Position numbers and translations under genes: made by a program. Under the pieces are notes generated by a model, which did not search any database, was not told where the DNA came from, and was given only the letters and a program-made list of their open reading frames with translations. This document shows positions 55,400 to 64,000 of a DNA stretch of 64,000 bases, piece after piece (position 1 is the stretch's first letter; every line of letters starts with the position of its first letter). This stretch comes from Felis catus (taxonomy: Eukaryota): positions 158,660,001 to 158,724,000 of the forward strand of contig NC_058368.1 in assembly GCF_018350175.1 (NCBI RefSeq), in the 5' to 3' direction.

Positions 55400-56400
55400 T
55401 GTTTATCTGTAAAAACTATAGGTAGTCCAAATATTTATTAAAAAGGCATTTAACATGAAAGTACCATGCAGGAATAGTGGAAGATAGAAAAATATACACA
55501 AATAACTCTCAACTCTTTGGAGAATTTATTATCTAATAGTGTAAATAAGAACCAATACATCTAATTTTATTAGAAGGCAAGAAACAGTAAGTGCTAAAAA
55601 AGAAGTGGCTCAGGGATGAACAAAAATAATTCTAGCTGAGGGATCAGTTTCAGGAAGAAGTGGCACTTGAGACTGACTGTGAGATGCAGAAAAACAGAAA
55701 AAGTACACAAGGGAATATCAGAGAAAGACAAAAGATTTGGACATGGCACATATATAAGGCAGTACAGAGCACAACAACAGCTAGTACAGTGGTAGCTCAG
55801 ATGCAATTTGAGTTCATGAAAGGAAGGCTGTAAAATGCTTTTAAGTAAATATAAAAAGCCTTGAAATGCAGACCAAAGAGTTTCAGATTTCTTTTTGAGA
55901 AACAATGGACCCCCTTGAAGGGTTTACATATGGGTGATATATGAACAGAGATTTTTTAAGGACGCTAATCAAGTTCTGGGAGGTCCTTCAAACAAAGATG
56001 TTTAAGGTAAAGTGGAAAGATACATCTATACTCAGTAATGAAGTCACATTTAAAGGGAAAAAATTGTCAATTATTTGATAGAGGTAACAGATAAAGCTGC
56101 CGAGTGGATGTGATCATCAAGTAAGAGATAATGGAAGACAAAGGAGGGTTGAGAAACAGAATTTGGGGGGAAGTTCACATTAAAAGGTAAGGGTAGCCAG
56201 TCAAAGTAGGGTTATTGATGTAGAAGGCGCCTGAGAAGTAAAGGAAGAGAGAGTCAAGGAAAGGTGGCCACTGATAGCAAGGATGGTAAGACTCAACTGA
56301 GACTGAAATATTCTATTTAATGAGTAGGTCATTCCTTGGTGAGTCTTAAAGAAGAGTTTAAAATATCACAGAAGTCAAGTTTTGGAAGATAAATCTGGCA
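55400..56400 (-). mobile_element. L2-like remnant (antisense)
   Basis: Purine-rich degenerate L2-like sequence; boundaries approximate. Confidence 0.45.
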
Positions 56401-57139
56401 CTGTTTTGATGTCCCAATCAAAACCTCGTACCTTAACTCATTTTCCGTGCTTTGTTCCATCTCTCCTAGTCTCTAACATTCTTTCTCTTGACTCCCCTAT
56501 TTCTGTCAGAGGCATTAAGGATTAAGTGAACATGCTGATGAAGCAAAGAAGGAAGGTTATCTACCAGAAGTGACAGATGTATAGAGAAAGTACAGCTGAA
56601 TTAAATAATCTATGGGAAGAGAAACGTGTCTTCCAAACTTCATAATGAATTTGCATTTGACAGTTTAATCCTTAAGTATTGCCTATTTAAGCAAAAGATG
56701 GTATCTTCTAAAAAAAAAGTCATTGTTTTATTCTGGGAATGCCTAATCTATGTGTTGCTGATATTTGTGCCATAAGACTATGACCAGTAAAATCAGTTTT
56801 TGTCACTTCCCTGTTTAAAACATTCGGTGGACTAACGCCATTTACCGAAGGCATCGATGCGCCCCATCCCAAACGTGCACAAAATCTCTATTCTATTATT
56901 CTCGTTATCATCTCCGTAGCACTTAATATCTGATACTATCCTCCTTATTTATTTATTTATTCGTTTACTCGATGATCTGTCACTCTTGTCTCGTACCCCG
57001 GTGAATTCCTTAAGATTGTCACTAAAAACCAGATAAATAAGCGTTGAGTGAATGAAACTGAATAAATGCTATGTAAGTGAATCTGGAGTGAGGAACTCAG
57101 TGCTATCAATTCTCAAGAGTCTTAAACTCTTGCTCGGGT

Positions 57140-58250
<1,111 letters not shown>

Positions 58251-59842
58251 GTAATTTCAGGGCTTTAGGAGAGCCACCCACACTGACCCTGGAACTTTCT
58301 ACGTCAACAAAAATGATAACCGGAGCAGGACCTTAAACAACTTGCACCTCAGAGGGTGGGTACTCTACCTTCCCTACTAAAGCAACAGGGGTAACAAAAC
58401 TTGTGTGATATTGTTTGTGTTTATATTTCCTTTCATGAACTACAGTGCCTATTTCAGCTTTGACTCCATTCCCAGCCACTGCTGTTTAGCTTCTCTCGGG
58501 ATTTGAGTCTTATAACTTTGCAAGTAAACTTTGGAGTCCATTTTTTACAGAGTCCCCTTTTTCCTGCTGGGGTTCCACGGGCCAATGTGTCCATTTTCCA
58601 ACTCTCCAAGGCCTTAGTGAGTATGTTGCTTTGTCCAAACACAGAGTTAGCCTTTTCATAAAACATGCACTGCTGTTCGAAGACAAGCAGTTGAATGTGT
58701 GCTTTCATTCCAGTCAGAATAGTTAATAGTCTGAAACCATAGAATACAGGCAGCAGAGCAGTCCTCTGTCCCCTCTACACCACAACCTTTGGCTTCTTTT
58801 TTTCACTTGAATGCAGTAAGTCTTTGATTAACCATACTCAACTAATGGAAACCTCCATTGAAATGTAATTTTTCTTTCTGTACTTCACATAAAAATGAAA
58901 AGTTTTTAAATAAACCAAATGACTAACCAAATGAGCAAGAGTGAGATGGGAAACACAAGTCGTTTGGTGGCTATTCCTAATCCAACATTTTAGCAGACAT
59001 TGCTAATCTATTACGGCACAAGCCTTATGTTACTTCTCAACTCTGCCCCAGACAGCCACCACTAGTTGACTGGATTTGGCTCCACTTGCTGCCCTGGTTC
59101 TTGGGTAGTCCTTGGGGTTGATCACACTGAGGCTAAATCTCTTCTACTTTCAATATTAAAATATGTTTTTAATATAATCATCTTAATCAGACCCTGGAAG
59201 AGTAAAAGTGATGCAAGTACTGTTCAATATTCTGTTCTCTATTGTACCATGCTTAGTAATGACAAACAAAAAATATACAGTATTCTGTCTTCGCTCATTT
59301 ACCATTTATGAAATGTATATGCCAGAATTTTTGCTTGGTCCTGGGGAAAGAATCCCAGACCATAAGCCTTGGGGTGGAAGGAGATGAATAAAAAATAAGA
59401 GAATAGTGTGACAGAGAGGTATGAAAAGGATTTAGCACATCATTATTACCTATGCCCATATCTCACCACTATGCCCCCTCTTGCCTCTGCCCCCCTCCCC
59501 TCCGGTACCCAGAGTTTGTCCTAACAAGCTGCAGGGCGTCTTGTCTATGGATAAAAGTTCAGACTTGTTAGATTAATTCAGACTTCTTAGGCTGGCAGTC
59601 ACCATCTTCTACAATCTGTATCACTGCTTACTTGCAAGTAGCATATTCTCTTAACTAATTGAACTGCTTTGTTTTCTCTTGTACAATTACCTTGATTTCC
59701 TGTCTCACTGCCTTTTCCATTCATCTGTAATGCTCACCTTCCCACCTCTTTTTTCATCTTCTTTCTAGTTACTACATATGTAAATCTGACCTATCACTCT
59801 TAATACACTACACATCCCATGAAGCTTTTCTTTTTATTATCT

Positions 59843-60272
59843 CTATATTATTTTTCTAGGGTTGCTGTAATAGGCATAAATTTGGTAGTTTAAAACCAGA
59901 GAAATTTTGTCTTTTACAGTAATGGACCATGCTCCCTCCAGAGGGTCTAAGGGGCAATCTGTTTTTTGCCTCTTTCAGCTTTTGTCGCCATTTGGTGCCG
60001 ACTGGCATTTCTTGGCTTATAGTTGCATCACTCCATCTCTGCCTCTGTAGTCACATTGCGTCCTCCATTTCTGTGTGTTTCCCTCTGTTGCTACCTTACA
60101 AAAATACATGTCATTGCATCTAGGGCCCTTTCAGATCTTTAATCACATCTGCAAAGGTTTTTTTTGTTTTTGTTTTGTTTTTGTTTTTCCCTAGAGGATA
60201 AATTCATAGATTCTAGGGATTAGAACATGTATATCTTTTTTGGGGGGCAGGGTCATTATTCAACCTATCATA
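59843..60272 (-). mobile_element. MaLR LTR (MLT1B/C-like)
   Basis: AGGGTTGCTGTAA...CATGCTCCCTCC...GCATCACTCCATCTCTGCCTCTG...TAATCACATCTGCAAAG...ATTATTCAACCTA. Confidence 0.8.
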
Positions 60273-60879
60273 ACTTCAAAGGCAAGTAAACTCTTCCTCC
60301 TTTAATCTTCTGTAGCTCTTTATCTTTAATGATCCTGGCCACTTTTTAATGACCCCCCCCCTTAGCTAGAAATTAGATTAACTGGACAAAATTTGAAACA
60401 AAGAGATTGAATAAAAAGTTTAGAGTCAAGGAAAATAAAAATGATATATTTATGTTTAAGATATTAATGTCAGAAAAAATTGTGATAGACTTTACTGCAC
60501 ATGGGCTATAGTGCCATATATGTTTGGGTATTTGAACTATCAGTGGTAGGAAAACACATAGTATGGGATATATGGATATGTGGAATTTATGGAAAATTCC
60601 AATGAGAAACTCACAGGTGGACTTGAAGGGTTCTGGAGCATGGCATAATATGCAGCAGAGATATATATAAATTTTGAAAAGCAGCTTTGTGCATATGCAG
60701 ATCCCTGAGAGAGATGGAGTGCCTGACATTGAGATACTAGGTGATATTGTACCCACAACTGTCCTTCACAAACTGATTTGTTGGTCAGCCATGTTATAAG
60801 TTTGGGCAAGCTCAGCAACAGTCCATTATAGGGTTAAAGTGGTTCATTCAGGAGTGAACACAAGCAAGACCAGAGGGCA

Positions 60880-62500
60880 CAAATAAGCTGCATGACCAGG
60901 TAGCCTGGATTCCCCTGCCCAAGTGCCTCTCCCTCAGCTCATGCCTCAGTAGGTGATCCCTTAAGATCAACTAGTGAGGGAAAAATAAGGCCACATTTGG
61001 TTCATGTATGAATTGGTTTGATATTGTTGAACCGTAGCCCTAATTGGGTGGCCTTAAAAGCTAAGTAAGAGGATATCTTCCTAATGGTCAGAGCCTTGGG
61101 AGATGCATCTAGTACTCCACTTGGTTTAGCAAGAGAAATAATCCAAGGTTAGAATACACATGGATTGAGGAATAGTGGTGATTAGCCTGGCTGGTGGGTC
61201 AATGGCCTGGAAAGGACAAAAATTGTTAGATTGGGGATAAGGAATTCTGAGATAGAGGCATGAGAATGGGCATATTAGAGTAGACAAGAAGGGTGAAGAT
61301 CTTTAGATTGCGTAGTAACACCCTCCAGAAAGCATCTAACACAGAAGAGGCACTGAACAACCAGGTGGACTAAAACCATGTCTAGTTGTTGACAGCCAGC
61401 CTCTGTCATTGCAACCTGCCACCACAGTGAAGTCACAATTGGTAAACAAATGAATTAGTGAAGGTAGCAGTGATGGAGGAGGCTAAGCATGGGCTTAACA
61501 ACACGGACTCTAAATTACGAAGGCTAAAATGGCTACTGCTGTTCCTGAATACCCAATCCACATTCAGACACCAATGCTGAGTATAATGCCATCCCTTGAA
61601 GAGACTCATCAGTCACTTGGTATCAGAATGACTACATTGGGCCCCTTCTACCATAAAAGGGCCAGAGACACAGATTATTCATAGATATATATTATGGTCA
61701 TAGGTTTGCTTTTCCTGTCTGCAGAGCCTCAGCTTGCACCAGTATCATAAGGCTTACAGAATGTTTGCTCTTACAGCATGGGACTGCACTTTACTTCAAA
61801 GGAGATACCTCAGTATGTATATGACCATGGGATCCCAGCTTATATCACATTCTACACCATTCAGAAGCTGCTGGTATGATGGAATAATGGGGAAGTCTAT
61901 TGAATGAAAAGCCTGTAGAAGGCATTGCTGAAGAGGCAGATCAGAGGTAATACCCTGTGAATTTGGTTGCCATCCTCTAAGAGATCAGTGATATGGTCCT
62001 CAGTAGGTTGAATATATAGGCCCAGAAATCAAGGAATGGACACAGTATTGGCTCTACCCACTGTCATTCCCAATAATATGCTTGTGGAATTTCCATCTCA
62101 GCAACTCTGGGCTCTGAGGGTTTAGGAGTTTTGGTTTTCAATGGGGAATATTTCTGCCAAGGGACACAGCCAGAGTTCAAATGAATAATTAGCTGTGGCT
62201 GCTACCTGCTCTTCAGACTACTTGTTGCAAGAAGACATGGCATGGGAAACCATTGAGACCTTGAGGCAAGTATCTGGATCATGCCACCAGACAAGTCATG
62301 GAGATCAGCAGGCATGCCAACTGAAGGTGAGAGTAATCTAAAATGGATAGTAAATGAAGGTAGTATCACTTATAACCCAAGACTAGCTGCAGTGATGTGG
62401 GCTATAGTTTTTCCCATTAATCTCCCCGAGAAGAGAAATTCATTGGAATCCTGAAGTTGCTTCCAGAATTTAAAGTAGATCCAAGTAGCATACGGGTTGG
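60880..62500 (+). mobile_element. Decayed ERVL-class internal region (RNase H/integrase remnant)
   Basis: Fragmentary translations EEALNNQVD, GG*AWA*QHGL, DYIGPL, FAFPV, LTECL, YHILHHSEAAGMME*W resemble ERVL pol; many stops and frameshifts. Confidence 0.8.
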
Positions 62501-62501
62501 A

Positions 62502-62941
62502 CTGTGGTGGACACTGTGATGTACCACCCAGCTATCCCCCTCCAGGAATGAAGGACTTACTCCCCCCAGCTCCTGGATGTGCTGCCAGCAGAAAATGCTC
62601 AGCAGTCAGCCTCCACTTGGATTGCATAGGCTGTAGGATCCATCTCACCCAAGGTCATACTTCCTTTCTGGGTTTGCATAGATTCAGTGACTGATTGACA
62701 TAGACATCTAAGTGCTCAAATTCTTTGCACCAATTCAGCATAACTCTGAAGGATCATCCTATCTTTAAAACTCCTTGTAGAATCAATTACAGCCTCCTTT
62801 GGTACTGTATCCCATATCAGCCTCTTTCTTTGCTTACTCCTGCTCTTTCCCTGCTCTCTTCCAAGGGTTGATTATAAGAGCACTTCTTATTAATACCCCT
62901 AATATAGTACAGATCTGCTTTCTAAGGAATTTAACTTTTAC
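62502..62941 (+). mobile_element. ERVL 3' LTR (LTR16-like)
   Basis: Starts TGT after PPT-like GGGTTGGAC; CCCAG..ATCCCC 5' motif; ends GATCTGCTTTCTAAGGAATTTAAC. Confidence 0.6.
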
Positions 62942-63094
62942 CATTTCTGGCCCCTCAGCTTAGTGTTAATAGGACCCTGCTATAAAAATGGGATAGGCAG
63001 GATAAGACTGCTAAGCTAGAGGTCATTGGATTAATTCTGCCACTAACTAGCTTTTTGACCTTGGGTACACTCTTTAACTTCTCTTATTCATACA

Positions 63095-63129
<35 letters not shown>

Positions 63130-63293
63130 TGTACCTCCCAAGCCATGGTGATTTTTATAGCACCTTAGGAACTACTGGACACTCACTTTGAGTTTAGTTA
63201 GGACAGAAACCATGATAGATATTTAAACATGGAATTTAATATTAAGAATCATGAATTTGACATAAAGCTAAAGAAAACTGAAATGGTGGTGGG

Positions 63294-63508
63294 GGGGTGC
63301 GCCTAGGTGGCTCAGTCGATTAAGCCTCTGACTTCAGCTCGGGTCATGATCTTGCAGTTCGTGGGTTCAAGCCCCTCATCAGGCTCTGTGCTGACAACTC
63401 AGAGCCTGGAGTCGGCTTTGGATTCTGTGTCTCCCTCTCTTTCTGCCCCTCTCCTGCTCACGCTCTGTCTCTCTCCAAAATAAACATTAAAACTTAAAAA
63501 AAAAAAAA
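63294..63508 (+). mobile_element. SINEC inserted in an older LTR-like sequence (about 63175-64000)
   Basis: Head, body and tail; flanking AAAACTG(A/T)AATGG repeats. Confidence 0.88.
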
Positions 63509-64000
63509 GAAAAACTGTAATGGGAGAGGAGAATACTAAAGCATCATAACTACCACTACTAAGCTTTGAGCAACTAAAATAAGAGGTTTGAAATGACTTA
63601 GATGCTTAGAAAAGAGGCCCTGTGGACCTGAGCCCCAGACACTCTGAGGAGTGCTAATAACCCTGGGGCAGGAAGACTCAATAAAACTGGTTCAGCAAGA
63701 CTGGTTTGGTTGGAAGAACTGCAAACTACACTCAGATGTTGCTATGCAAGGATGTTGCTGATGGGCTGAGGTGGCATTGGGGCAATGCTAACAAAAATGA
63801 CATACCTGGGAAGCCTCAAGGAAACAAACAGGAAATAGAGGAACAAATTGATTCTTCCTCCTTCAAGATTACTTTTCAGCAAAGTACAATGTAGAGCCAG
63901 CTGGCAAAGCAGAAATGGTTCCAGTCCTGGCATCAGAAAGTGGAGTGTAGTGGTCTGGGTTTTGGAGGTAAGAGACATTAGCCTAATAAGGGGCACAATC

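Noticed and set aside
60373..60818. 127-aa and 92-aa minus-strand ORFs
   Set aside because: No recognisable domain, splice context or coding bias; adjacent to decayed ERV sequence

Overview
Mammalian genomic DNA. The dense young carnivore tRNA-derived SINEs look like the felid SINEC_Fc type, so it is most likely cat or another Felidae (inference). Two minus-strand protein-coding genes lie in tandem, in the order I recall from human 5q15. (1) RIOK2 is complete: 10 coding exons at 57508->35908, all GT-AG, summing to 1659 nt = 552 aa + TAA. It encodes the atypical RIO kinase/ATPase of pre-40S maturation. (2) LIX1 is present as coding exons 1-2 (25421->6680, 82 codons); the rest lies left of base 1. 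The remainder is introns and intergenic DNA with more than 20 SINEC copies, L2/L1/CR1/MIR remnants, MER5A, MaLR LTRs, a decayed ERVL integrase plus LTR, and microsatellites. I found no prokaryotic-type system, CRISPR array or unexplained long ORF, and I cannot claim a new biological system. The best leads are regulatory. A second perfect GTAAGT donor lies inside RIOK2 exon 5 and would give a premature stop. Near-identical inverted young SINEs bracket the in-phase catalytic exons 6-7 (circRNA or in-frame skipping). Four same-frame upstream ATGs form an overlapping uORF in LIX1. A strong CTCF-like site lies between the genes. All three PLK1 sites I recall for human RIOK2 have altered contexts. 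Human comparisons and repeat family names are from memory and need alignment or RepeatMasker confirmation.
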